A stretch of DNA of 64,000 nucleotides from an uncultured Gemmatimonadales bacterium (GTDB lineage: Bacteria > Gemmatimonadota > Gemmatimonadetes > Longimicrobiales > RSA9), in contig CAWFKH010000006.1 in NCBI GenBank assembly GCA_963816355.1, positions 160,001-224,000 on the forward strand, read 5' to 3'. This document shows, piece by piece, positions 10,403 to 19,002 of this stretch. The notes under the pieces are model-generated. The model searched no databases and was not told where the DNA came from. It was given only the letters and a program-made list of their open reading frames with translations. Made by a program: the position numbers and the translations under genes. Numbering within the stretch: the stretch's first letter is position 1; the number at the start of each line of letters is the position of its first letter.

Positions 10403-11547
10403 GAGCCGCCTGCCGTCCGCCGCGTTCGCGGGGCGCGCGGGCCGCGGCGTCCGCCGCGAGGACGCCCGCCGCCGCCGTCCATCGACGACGCCGTGACGGA
10501 GAGGATGCGCGGCAGGTAGGCCGCGATGCAGCGCCACGTGCGGCCGCCGTCGCGGGTCGCGAAGAGGTGCCCCCCCGACGTCCCGAGATAGACGCCGACC
10601 GGCGACTCATCGTCGTTGTCCATCGCCTCGCGGAGCACGGAAACGTAGGCGTGCTCCTGCGGCAGTCCCTCGGTCGCGGCGGTCCATCTCCCGCCCGCAT
10701 CGCCGGTGCGATAGACGCGGAGGCGGCCGCCGACGGTCGTGCGCATGTGGCTTGACTCCTCCGGCACCACGAAGACGACGTCCGCGTCCGCCGGATCGAG
10801 CGCCAGCACGTAGCCGAAGTCGCTGGGCAGGCCGGCCGTGATCTCGTGCCAGCTCTCGCCGCGGTCGTCGCTCCGGTAGGTGCCGCAGTGGTTCTGCTGA
10901 TAGAGGCGATCCGGACGCGCCGGGTGCAGCCGCAGCTTGTGGACGCACTGCCCGGTCGGCGGCGGCGGGCCGGGCAGGAACTCCGCGCGCACACCGTCGT
11001 TCATGGGCCGCCAGCTCGCGCCGTCGTCGTCGCTGCGGAAGACGCCGCCCGCGGAGATCGCGCAGTAGAGGCGGGCGTCGTCGCGCGGATCGACGGCGAT
11101 CGAGTGCAGCGCGAGCGCACCGCCCGCCGGCTGCCACGTGGCGCGCGAAGGGTGCTCGTTGAGCGCCGTCACCGGCCGCCACGAAGAGCCGTGGTCGTCG
11201 CTGCGGAAGAGGCCCGCCGGCTCGATGCCGGCGAAGAGCGTGTGCGGGCGGGAGGCGGGTCCCGGCGCGAGCGTCCAGATCGCCTCGAGGCCGCGGCCGT
11301 CCTCGTGGTGCGGCGCCGCCTCCAGCAGCTCCCAGCGTTCGCCGCCGTCCGCGCTGCGGTGGACGTGCGAGCCCCACACCGCGTGTGTCGTCGCCGCCCA
11401 CGCGTCGCCGCTGCGGTGGTCGTGAAACGCGTGATAGACCTGGCGCCCCTCGAGATACGGCCCGTCCAGCGTCCACGACTCGCGGGCGGCGTCGGAGCGC
11501 GCGACGAACAGGCCTCGCTTCGTGCCGACGAGGAGCAGGACGCTCAC
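10399..11547 (-). CDS. BNR/Asp-box beta-propeller (WD40/YVTN/sialidase-like) protein
   Basis: LLVGTKRGLF start, repeated SxDxGxxW Asp-boxes, GQCVHK and QQNHCGTYRS. GTGA-coupled at both ends. Confidence 0.9.
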   Translation of the reverse strand: MSVLLLVGTKRGLFVARSDAARESWTLDGPYLEGRQVYHAFHDHRSGDAWAATTHAVWGSHVHRSADGGERWELLEAAPHHEDGRGLEAIWTLAPGPASRPHTLFAGIEPAGLFRSDDHGSSWRPVTALNEHPSRATWQPAGGALALHSIAVDPRDDARLYCAISAGGVFRSDDDGASWRPMNDGVRAEFLPGPPPPTGQCVHKLRLHPARPDRLYQQNHCGTYRSDDRGESWHEITAGLPSDFGYVLALDPADADVVFVVPEESSHMRTTVGGRLRVYRTGDAGGRWTAATEGLPQEHAYVSVLREAMDNDDESPVGVYLGTSGGHLFATRDGGRTWRCIAAYLPRILSVTASSMDGGGGRPRGGRRGPRAPRTRRTAGGS

Positions 11548-12854
11548 GGCTCGCCGAGCCGGTCGAGCAGCATGTCGAGCGTCGCCGCGAGGATGCCCCG
11601 CGGCGCGCCTCGGGCCGCCGTCGGCTGCACCGTGCCGCCCGCCCGCGCCGCGCCGTCGGCCGCCGAGCGGCCCGCCGATCGCGCGGCGCGCTCGAGCACT
11701 TCGTCGAGCGCGTCGTGGATCGTGGCGCGGACGGCGTCGAAGATCGCGGCCTCGTCGGTGCGCGCGTTCGGCTCCATGAGATGTCCGAACGCGCGCGCCC
11801 GGCCGCAGTTGGCGAGCACGTCCGGGATCACCGCGAAGCGTGCGTCCGCCTCGCGCTGCACCGCGGTCCCGCCGGGCGTGCGTTCGCGGAACGGGTGGTT
11901 CGCGCCGCAGGCGACGACGTCCACGCCGAGCGCCTCCAGCTCCTCCAGCCTGCGCCCGTCGATGCTCTCCGAGATGGCGGCGCAGACGAAGATCTCCGCG
12001 CGGACATCGCGGAAGCGGCGGCCGTCGTCGTCGCTGCGCACGCGCGGGTCGTCGCCCGGCAGGAGCCGCTCGCGGCTGGCGCGCATCAGCGCCTCGACGC
12101 CGGCCGCGTCGATGCCCGCGTCGTCCACGAGCGCCTTCTCGGCGTCGCTGACCGCGGCGATGCGGGCGCCGGCGCGGGCGAGGTGAAGCGCGCACGCGGC
12201 GCCGACGTTGCCGAACCCCTCCACGAGCACGCGTGCGCCGGCGATGTCGCGGCCGGCGCGCCGGTAGAAGCGCAGGATCGACTCGGCGACGCCGTAGCCG
12301 GTGATCACGTCGGCGACGCCGAGCTCCATGCCCGCGACGCCGTGCTCGCCGCGGAGCTTCGTCTCGGCGCCGCATTCGAGGCGACGCAGCGTGCTCTGGA
12401 AGCCTGCGTCGTCGGGATCGTAGTGGCCACGGACGATGCCGGCCTGCGGGTGGGGCAGTCCGAGGCGGCGCACGGCGGGGACCACCTCCAGCAGCTCGTC
12501 GACGTTGAGGTCACCGGCCGTGCCGTAGCGGAGGCGGAGTTGCGGCTCGATCGCGTCGTACCAGCGCTCGAGCACCGCCGTCTTGCGGGCGTCGCGCGGG
12601 TCGAAGTCGATGCCGGACTTGGCGCCGCCGATCGGCGGCCCGGTCAGCGCGAACTTCAGCTCCATCGCCTTCGACAGATAGACCACCTCCGCCGCGCCGA
12701 GTCCGGAGCGCATACGCGTGCCGCCCCCCGCCGCGCCGCCGCGCAGCGAGTTGATCACGAGCCAGCCGCGCGCCTCCGACTCGCGGTCTCGCCAGACCAG
12801 AGTGAGCTCCGGCGGGCGCCGCAGATAGGCGCCCCAGCGCCGCCACGGCGTCAC
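11544..12854 (-). CDS. Glu/Leu/Phe/Val dehydrogenase family protein
   Basis: GGGTRM, MELKF, GGAKSG, TGYGV, EGFGNVG Rossmann motif, GANHPF and PDVLANCG. Confidence 0.88.
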   Translation of the reverse strand: MTPWRRWGAYLRRPPELTLVWRDRESEARGWLVINSLRGGAAGGGTRMRSGLGAAEVVYLSKAMELKFALTGPPIGGAKSGIDFDPRDARKTAVLERWYDAIEPQLRLRYGTAGDLNVDELLEVVPAVRRLGLPHPQAGIVRGHYDPDDAGFQSTLRRLECGAETKLRGEHGVAGMELGVADVITGYGVAESILRFYRRAGRDIAGARVLVEGFGNVGAACALHLARAGARIAAVSDAEKALVDDAGIDAAGVEALMRASRERLLPGDDPRVRSDDDGRRFRDVRAEIFVCAAISESIDGRRLEELEALGVDVVACGANHPFRERTPGGTAVQREADARFAVIPDVLANCGRARAFGHLMEPNARTDEAAIFDAVRATIHDALDEVLERAARSAGRSAADGAARAGGTVQPTAARGAPRGILAATLDMLLDRLGEP

Positions 12855-13192
12855 GCCGCCGCCTCGCCGGCCGGGCCGCCCACGCGCTCGACGAACACCT
12901 CCATGACGCCGCCGCACACCGCGGGGCTCCACGAATCCGGCGAGTCGAGCAGCTCGACGCGGATCAGTCGCGGCTCGCCGCCGCGCGCCACCTCGCGCGC
13001 CGCCTCCAGAACGTCCGCCTCGCCGCAGCCGCCACCGATCGTGCCGACCAAGCTGCCGTCCGCCTCGACCACCATGCGGCTGCCGACGTGCCGCGGCACC
13101 GAGCCGCGCGTCGCCACGACCGTCGCCAGCACGACGGTCCGACCCGCCTCCGCGGCGGCGACCAGCGCCACGTATACGATCTCATCGTCCAT
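12851..13192 (-). CDS. Stand-alone XdhC/CoxI N-terminal domain protein (113 aa)
   Basis: ATVVATRGSVPRHVGSRM, GTIGGGCGE and VCGGVMEVFVE motifs. Confidence 0.9.
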   Translation of the reverse strand: MDDEIVYVALVAAAEAGRTVVLATVVATRGSVPRHVGSRMVVEADGSLVGTIGGGCGEADVLEAAREVARGGEPRLIRVELLDSPDSWSPAVCGGVMEVFVERVGGPAGEAAA

Positions 13193-14015
13193 CGCGCTCC
13201 TCCGGCAACAGCCGCTCCAGCACCCGCTCCCGTTCGCTCAGGCGGGCGCCGGAGCGGCCCCCGCGTCGCAGCTCGATCAGCTCCGCGGCGATGCTCACCG
13301 CGATCTCGTCCGGCGTCTCGGCGCCAATGTCCAGCCCGAGCGGCGCCGCAACGCGTCCGATCCGCTCGCGTCCGATGCCCTCGCGGAGCAGCGCCGCGAA
13401 CGCGCCTCGCACGCGGCGGCGACTGCCGAGCATCCCAATGTGGCGCGGCGGCGGCTCCATGGCGAGCAGGCGTCGCAGGCAGTCGTAATCGTAGCGGTGC
13501 GCGCGTGTGACGAGCAGCACCCAGCTCGCCGCGCCGACGGCCACGTCACGGAACGGGTCGGAGAAGTCCATGTGCACGAGGCGGCTCGCCGCCGGAAAGC
13601 GATCCGGGGCGGCGAAGCCTTCGCGATCGTCGAGCACCGTGACACGGAAGCCCACGGTCGCCGCCAGCGGCACGAGCGCCGCGGCGATGTGCCCGGCGCC
13701 GACCACCAGCAGCTCGTCCGGGGCGCGATGCACTTCGACGTAGACGCTCCACGCGCGCTCTCCTTCGCGCACCTCCTCGCGCCGCGCCAGCGGCGTGCCC
13801 TCCCCGACCGCCGCGGCGAGGCGCTCGAAGAGCGCCGCGTCGATCGTGGCTTCGCCCGTCGTGCCGACGCGCCCGCCGCCCGCCCGCAGCAACAGCCGCG
13901 CCCCCGGACGCGTGCCCTCTCCGGAGAGCACCGTCGCGACCGCCGCCGTCTCGCCGCCGCGCAGCGCGTCGAGGATCGCGGCGGCGGCGTCGGCGGCGCT
14001 CACGGGGCCGCTCAC
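13182..14015 (-). CDS. xdhC: XdhC family molybdoenzyme maturation factor
   Basis: LLVVGAGHIA, VLDDREGFA, VTRAHRYD, IGMLGSRRR and APLGLDIGAETPDEIAVSIAAE. Confidence 0.9.
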   Translation of the reverse strand: MSGPVSAADAAAAILDALRGGETAAVATVLSGEGTRPGARLLLRAGGGRVGTTGEATIDAALFERLAAAVGEGTPLARREEVREGERAWSVYVEVHRAPDELLVVGAGHIAAALVPLAATVGFRVTVLDDREGFAAPDRFPAASRLVHMDFSDPFRDVAVGAASWVLLVTRAHRYDYDCLRRLLAMEPPPRHIGMLGSRRRVRGAFAALLREGIGRERIGRVAAPLGLDIGAETPDEIAVSIAAELIELRRGGRSGARLSERERVLERLLPEERDGR

Positions 14016-14626
14016 CTCACGCCCCACCGCCGCAGGTCCGAAGGCGCATCCAGGTCCGCGGTCACGCCTGCATCGTCGACGGCGACGTCGTCGATCCGCG
14101 CCGCGTGCGCCGCCACGACGCCGCGTGCGCCGCTCGGCTGCGGCTGCCTGAGCTCGCTGAAGAGGGTGCGGGCGAAGAGCGTGGGGTGGCCGGCCGTCCC
14201 GCCGAACAGCGGCCGCACGATCGGCGCGCCGCGCGTCCGGAACGCATCGAGGAGCGCGGCCACGGTGGCCGCGCCGACCAGCGGATGGTCCGCCGGCTGC
14301 ACGAGCACGGCGTCGGCGGAGGGGGAGAGCGCGTCGATCGCGAGCCGCAGGGAGTCGATCTGCTCGGAGCCCTCGTCGGGATTGACGACGACGCGGGCGC
14401 CGGCCCCGCGCGCTTCCGTGCCTACGGCGGCGGGCTCCGCCGGCGCGACGCAGAGCACCTCCGCGCAACCGCCCTCGCGGAGCAGCCGCACGGCGCGCGC
14501 GACGAACGTCTCACCCGCCACGCGCAGCAGCGGCTTCGGCTCGCCCATCCGCCTCGAGCCACCGGCCGCGAGCACGACCCCCGCCACCGCGCGCGGCTGC
14601 GCCGAACGCTTGGACCGGCTGGGCAC
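14012..14626 (-). CDS. mocA: Molybdenum cofactor cytidylyltransferase-like nucleotidyltransferase
   Basis: VVLAAGGSRRMG.PK, PADHP, GHPTLF, GARGV and DLDAPSD. GTG start after AAAGGGG. Context is xdhC and an XDH-family enzyme. Confidence 0.82.
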   Translation of the reverse strand: MPSRSKRSAQPRAVAGVVLAAGGSRRMGEPKPLLRVAGETFVARAVRLLREGGCAEVLCVAPAEPAAVGTEARGAGARVVVNPDEGSEQIDSLRLAIDALSPSADAVLVQPADHPLVGAATVAALLDAFRTRGAPIVRPLFGGTAGHPTLFARTLFSELRQPQPSGARGVVAAHAARIDDVAVDDAGVTADLDAPSDLRRWGVR

Positions 14627-14709
14627 GCTCGTTCCCCTTTCGTCGGCGGACCGCCACGAGGATGACGCGCGCGGGGTCCGCTCCCGCTCGTCGCTCCACT
14701 GGACGCGGT

Positions 14710-14752
14710 AAGATGGCCGGAGCGGGCGAAGCGCGTCAACGCGGGGGGGGGG
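14710..14752 (-). promoter_or_regulatory. Putative sigma70 promoter of the mocA operon (TTGACG-18-CATCTT) with a C10 tract just upstream of -35
   Basis: Hexamers at 14739-14734 and 14715-14710. G10 run on the plus strand at 14743-14752. Confidence 0.5.
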
Positions 14753-14933
14753 AGAAACAGAACCCCCGTCCGCCATGCTGCCGACGAACGGGGGAACGGC
14801 GCGCATCTCCCCTGCCAGAAAGAATGCGCGCCGCCTGAAGAGGCACCGTGGAGGGGGATCGGCCACCACGACCGGGTGCCCAGGAAACCGGACGGGCGCC
14901 TACCCCCTCACACGGTGTACATGACGAGTCACT

Positions 14934-15122
14934 TCATCGCAGTGCGGGCTCGTGTACCATCGTCGATCGCACCCGGAGTCTGCCGGTCCGGAGCGTCAGC
15001 CGCGTCCTGCGAGACGTGGAGGCGAGGCTCTCACGGAGCCAGATCACCACGTTCGAGACACGTGAGCCGACGACGAAGAGGTACGCAACAACGAGCACCG
15101 AAAGCAGCACCGCATCGATCAC
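14934..15122 (-). CDS. 62-aa single-TM microprotein downstream of the GEMM-I riboswitch
   Basis: GGAGGAGGG RBS before GTG 15122. Sequence MIDAVLLSVLVVAYLFVVGSRVSNVVIWLRESL... has a hydrophobic N-terminus and a basic tail. Confidence 0.7.
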   Translation of the reverse strand: MIDAVLLSVLVVAYLFVVGSRVSNVVIWLRESLASTSRRTRLTLRTGRLRVRSTMVHEPALR

Positions 15123-15183
15123 GATCCCTCCTCCATCCACGGGGACGCGCATCGGGCCGCCAGTCGACCCGGAGGGAACCGGT

Positions 15184-15289
15184 CGATCCACTGGCGGCCC
15201 GGCGAGCGTGGCGGCGCGTCCTTCTCACCGCGTTAGCCCCGTAGCTCTGCGTCACCACCTTTCGGCGGCTTTGCTCTGAGCAGTGATCG
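15184..15289 (-). ncRNA. GEMM-I (c-di-GMP-I class) riboswitch, A20 variant
   Basis: Minus strand reads GAUCACUG-CUCAGAGCAAA-GCCGCC-GAAA-GGUGGU-GACGCAGAGC-UACGGGGCUAA...CACGCUCGCCGGGCCGC-CAGUGGAUC. This gives P1, GCAAA/GACGC, a GAAA tetraloop, a CUAA..CACG receptor and the 3' GCCGGGyyGCC, all as in the GEMM-I consensus. Confidence 0.9.
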
Positions 15290-15496
15290 TCGGATCGAGC
15301 GCGAACGCCGATCCGGCCGCTCCCTCTTGCAGCCGCCGTGCCCGGACCGCCGCCGTACCTGGCGGGGCGATCATATCTCCGGTCGTTCCAGCCGTTTACG
15401 CGACGCCTACAGCCGTGCCGCCCGCACCGCCGGACCGGCGCGCGGCCGCTACTCCGTATCCATGATCGGGTACTTTTTGCACGATCTGCCCCTCGC

Positions 15497-15525
15497 TTGA
15501 GCTTGCGTCCCCCCCTGCGTAACAT
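15497..15525 (+). promoter_or_regulatory. Sigma70 promoter TTGAGC-17-TAACAT giving a leaderless mRNA for the 2Fe-2S subunit
   Basis: The -10 ends 6 nt before ATG 15532 and there is no SD sequence. A C7 tract lies in the spacer. Confidence 0.7.
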
Positions 15526-15531
15526 CAGGGC

Positions 15532-16035
15532 ATGTTCACCCTCGTCCGTCTTCTCGTGAACGGCGACCACCGCGAGGTGGGCGTCCCGGAGCACTACACG
15601 CTGCTCGAGGCGCTGCGCTACGGCCTCGGCCTGACCGGCTCGAAGCAGGGGTGCGACAAGGGAGACTGCGGCGCGTGCACCGTGCTCCTGGACGGCGAGG
15701 CGGTGCTCTCCTGCATCACGCCGGTGCTGGAGGCGGAGGGGCGGGAGGTGACCACGGTCGAAGGGCTCGCGGGGCCCGGCGGCCCGCACCCGCTGCAGGC
15801 GGCGTTCGGCGAGACCGGCGCAGCGCAGTGCGGCTTCTGCACGCCCGGGATCCTAATGTCGGCGGCGGGGCTGCTGGCGCGCGAGGCGGACCCGACGCTG
15901 GAGCAGATCCGCGAGGCGCTCTCCGGCAACCTCTGCCGGTGCACCGGCTACACGAAGATCTACGACGCCGTCCAGATGGCGGCGCGGGTGGCGCGGGAGG
16001 CTGCGGCGCACGCGGCGCGGGAGGCGGAGCGATGA
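15532..16035 (+). CDS. Xanthine dehydrogenase family small subunit, 2x[2Fe-2S] (HcrC/CoxS-like)
   Basis: GSKQGCDKGDCGACTV, QCGFCTPG and GNLCRCTGY. Confidence 0.95.
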   Translation: MFTLVRLLVNGDHREVGVPEHYTLLEALRYGLGLTGSKQGCDKGDCGACTVLLDGEAVLSCITPVLEAEGREVTTVEGLAGPGGPHPLQAAFGETGAAQCGFCTPGILMSAAGLLAREADPTLEQIREALSGNLCRCTGYTKIYDAVQMAARVAREAAAHAAREAER

Positions 16036-18467
16036 GGCCGGAGGAGCTGCGGGGGCGCCAGGCGGCGTCGGCGGTGAGCCCGGAGGCGCTCGAGGCGCTG
16101 GTCGCGCGCGAGCTGCGCGTGGTGGGGCGTCGCATGGCGCGCGTCGACGGAGCGGCGAAGGCGAGCGGCCGCGCGGTCTACACGGACGACATCGCGTTGC
16201 CGGCGATGCTGCACGGCAAGATCCTGCGCTCGACGCACGCGCACGCGCGGATCGTCTCGATCGACACGTCGCGCGCGGAGGCGTTGCCCGGCGTGCACGC
16301 GGTCGTCACCGGCCGCGACATGCCGACGCCGTATTGCATCATTCCGTGGACGCGCGACGAGACGGCGCTGTGCGTGGACCGCGTCCGCTTCATCGGCGAC
16401 GGCGTGGCGGCGGTCGCGGCGGTGGATGAGGACACCGCAATCCGCGCGCTCGACCTGATCGACGTCGAGTACGAACCGCTGCCGGCGTTCTTCGATCCCC
16501 GCGCGGCGCTGCACCCGGCCGAGGGCGCGACGCCGATTCACGCGGCGAAGAAGGAGGGGCGCAACGGCAACATCACGAAGCACGTGCGCCTCGAGTTCGG
16601 AGACGTGGAGGGGCTGCTCGCGGAGAGCGACGTCGTGATCGAAGCGGAGTACCGCTTCGAGGGGACGACGCACGCGCCGATCGAGCCGCACTGCGCGATC
16701 GGCTACAGAGACCCCACGGGCAAGCTGACGGTGTGGTCGTCCACGCAGGTGCCGCACTACCTGCATCGCGAGCTGGCGCGCGTGCTCGACCTGGACGTGG
16801 CGCGCGTCCGCGTCGTGCAGCCGGCCGTCGGCGGCGCCTTCGGCGGCAAGAGCGAGCCGTTCGACCTCGAGTTCTGCGTCGCCGCGCTCGCCATGAAGAG
16901 CGGACGCCCCGTCAAGATCCTGTACACGCGCGAGGAGGTCTTCTACTCGCACCGCGGACGCCACCCGATGGACTTCGTCTGCCGCCTCGGCGCGGACGCA
17001 GAGGGTCACATCCGGGCGGTCGACCACGAGATCCTGATCGACGGCGGCGCCTACGCCTCCTTCGGCCTCGTCACCACCTACTACGCCGGCCAACTCCTGC
17101 CCGCGCCGTACCGCTTCGAGTCGTACCGCTTCGACTCCACGCGCGTCTACACGAACAAGCCGCCGTGCGGACCGAAGCGCGGCCACGGCAGCGTGCAGCC
17201 GCGCTTCGCTTTCGAGGTGCAGCTCGACAAGCTGGCGGAAGCGCTCGACGTCGACCCCATCGAGCTGCGCCGCCGCAACTTCCTGGGCGGCTACACCCGC
17301 ACCGTCAACGAGCTGCGCGTGCAGTCGAACGGCTTCCTCGAATGCCTCGCCGCCGTCGAACGCGCGAGCGGATGGACGGAGAAGTTCCGCCGGCTCCCCT
17401 TCGGCCGGGGCGTCGGCGTCGCCGGCTCCTGCTACATCTCCGGCACGAACTATCCCATCTACCCGAACGAGATGCCGCAATCGGCGGTCCACGTGCAGGT
17501 CGAGCGTTCCGGCCGCGTCACCGTCTTCAGCGGCGCCTCCGAGATCGGGCAGGGCTCCGACAGCCTCGTCGCCTACCTCGTCGCCGAAGAGCTCGGCGTT
17601 CCGCTCGAGTACGTCCGCACCGTCTCCGCCGACACCGACCTCGTCCCGGTCGACCTCGGCGCTTACTCGTCGCGCGAGACCCTCATGGTGGGGAACGCGT
17701 GCCTCGACGCGGCCAGGAAGCTGCGCGTGCGCGTCGTCGATGCCGTGGCCGCCGCGCTCGACATCCCCCGGCCCGCCGTCGCCCTCGCCGGCGGCTGGGC
17801 GTTCGACGCGCGCGACACGGACCGCAAGATGCCGATCTCGCAGGCGTTCAACCTCGCCGAGGCGAAGCACGGCACGCTCGCCGAAACCGGCTGGTACGAC
17901 ACCCCGAAGGAGGGCGTCCACGGCGACTACCGCGGCGGCACCATCGGCGCTTCCCCCGCCTACTCCTTCACGGCGCACGTCGCCGAGGTGAGCGTCGACC
18001 CGGAGACCGGCTTCGTCGACGTCCGCAAGATCTGGATCGCCCACGACTGCGGCCGCGCCATCAACCCCGTCCTCGTCGAGGGCCAGATGGAAGGCTCCGC
18101 CTACATGGGCGCGGCCGAGGCGATCCTGGAGGCGCAACTCTTCAAGGGCGCCGACGAGGGGAAGGCCGGCCTGCACGCGGCGCCGTCGCTACTCGACTAC
18201 AGGATCCCGACCTCCCTCGACACCCCGCTGCTCGAGTCGCTGATCGTCGAGTCGAACGACCCGGAGGGGCCCTACGGCGCAAAGGAGGCGGGCGAGGGCC
18301 CGCTGCACCCCTCCATCCCGGCGATCGCCAACGCGATCTTCGACGCCGTCGGCGTCCGCCTCGACCGCATCCCCTTCGACCCGCCCCGCGTGTGGTCCGC
18401 CCTGCAGGAGGGCGGCGCACGCGAGCGCTGGGAGCGAGCCCGGACCTCCTCCTCCGCCGCGACCTGA
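16032..18467 (+). CDS. Xanthine dehydrogenase family molybdopterin-binding large subunit (HcrA-like)
   Basis: ATGA-coupled. Motifs STQVPH, VGGAFGGK, KRGHG, EIGQGS, GAYSSR, GQMEG and GAKEAGEG (catalytic Glu). RGHG and YSSR recall HcrA. Confidence 0.93.
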   Translation: MRPEELRGRQAASAVSPEALEALVARELRVVGRRMARVDGAAKASGRAVYTDDIALPAMLHGKILRSTHAHARIVSIDTSRAEALPGVHAVVTGRDMPTPYCIIPWTRDETALCVDRVRFIGDGVAAVAAVDEDTAIRALDLIDVEYEPLPAFFDPRAALHPAEGATPIHAAKKEGRNGNITKHVRLEFGDVEGLLAESDVVIEAEYRFEGTTHAPIEPHCAIGYRDPTGKLTVWSSTQVPHYLHRELARVLDLDVARVRVVQPAVGGAFGGKSEPFDLEFCVAALAMKSGRPVKILYTREEVFYSHRGRHPMDFVCRLGADAEGHIRAVDHEILIDGGAYASFGLVTTYYAGQLLPAPYRFESYRFDSTRVYTNKPPCGPKRGHGSVQPRFAFEVQLDKLAEALDVDPIELRRRNFLGGYTRTVNELRVQSNGFLECLAAVERASGWTEKFRRLPFGRGVGVAGSCYISGTNYPIYPNEMPQSAVHVQVERSGRVTVFSGASEIGQGSDSLVAYLVAEELGVPLEYVRTVSADTDLVPVDLGAYSSRETLMVGNACLDAARKLRVRVVDAVAAALDIPRPAVALAGGWAFDARDTDRKMPISQAFNLAEAKHGTLAETGWYDTPKEGVHGDYRGGTIGASPAYSFTAHVAEVSVDPETGFVDVRKIWIAHDCGRAINPVLVEGQMEGSAYMGAAEAILEAQLFKGADEGKAGLHAAPSLLDYRIPTSLDTPLLESLIVESNDPEGPYGAKEAGEGPLHPSIPAIANAIFDAVGVRLDRIPFDPPRVWSALQEGGARERWERARTSSSAAT

Positions 18468-18485
18468 CGCCGCCGCACCGGCGGA

Positions 18486-18580
18486 AGGGCGGGCGTAAGG
18501 GCGGACGCCGAAGGGCGGACGCCGAAGGGCGGGCGCCGAGGGCGGGCGGAAGGGCGGGCGTGAGGGCGGGCGCCGAGGGC
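18486..18580 (+). repeat. Degenerate tandem repeat (about 8 x AGGGCGG(G/A)CG..), G-quadruplex-capable
   Basis: 11-14 nt units directly after the stop codon. Eight GGG tracts with 1-6 nt loops at about 18527-18570. Confidence 0.85.
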
Positions 18581-19002
18581 ACCGAGCCGCCGTGGAAGCC
18601 GGGTGCCGCACAGACTGCCGCGGTCTCCCGTCCTCCCGAACCTGCGCGACGGCCGCTCCGCGGCGTCCGTGATCGCCGTCAACTCACCCCCGGCGGCCGC
18701 CATCTCTGATGCGGGGCCGATCGGACCGCGCGAGGCGCGGTCGCAATGGTCCCGCGAGGGTGCGGCTTCAAGCGAGGGGCGGAGTTGACCGCTCTCGGAG
18801 CCGTGCAGTGTGCCCCACGCCTAGATGGGTCCGGCGCGGGGGCGCTTTGACGTCCCCGGGCGCCGGCTCGACCCACACAGACCCTTCCGCTCCAGCGGGG
18901 GCCACCCTTCCGCACCCACCGCCCTTGAGGCCATCTTTCGACGGCGTCGCCATCCGCCCGCGCGGGATCCCGCTCGATCCGGCGGCGCGCGATGCGTCCG
19001 GA

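Noticed and set aside
14850..14915. Moco riboswitch-like hairpin (GGTGCCC..GAAAC..GGGCGCC)
   Set aside because: It is on the wrong strand for the mocA operon, 600 nt from the next plus-strand gene, and lacks the CCUCCCG..GGAAAGG 3' part.
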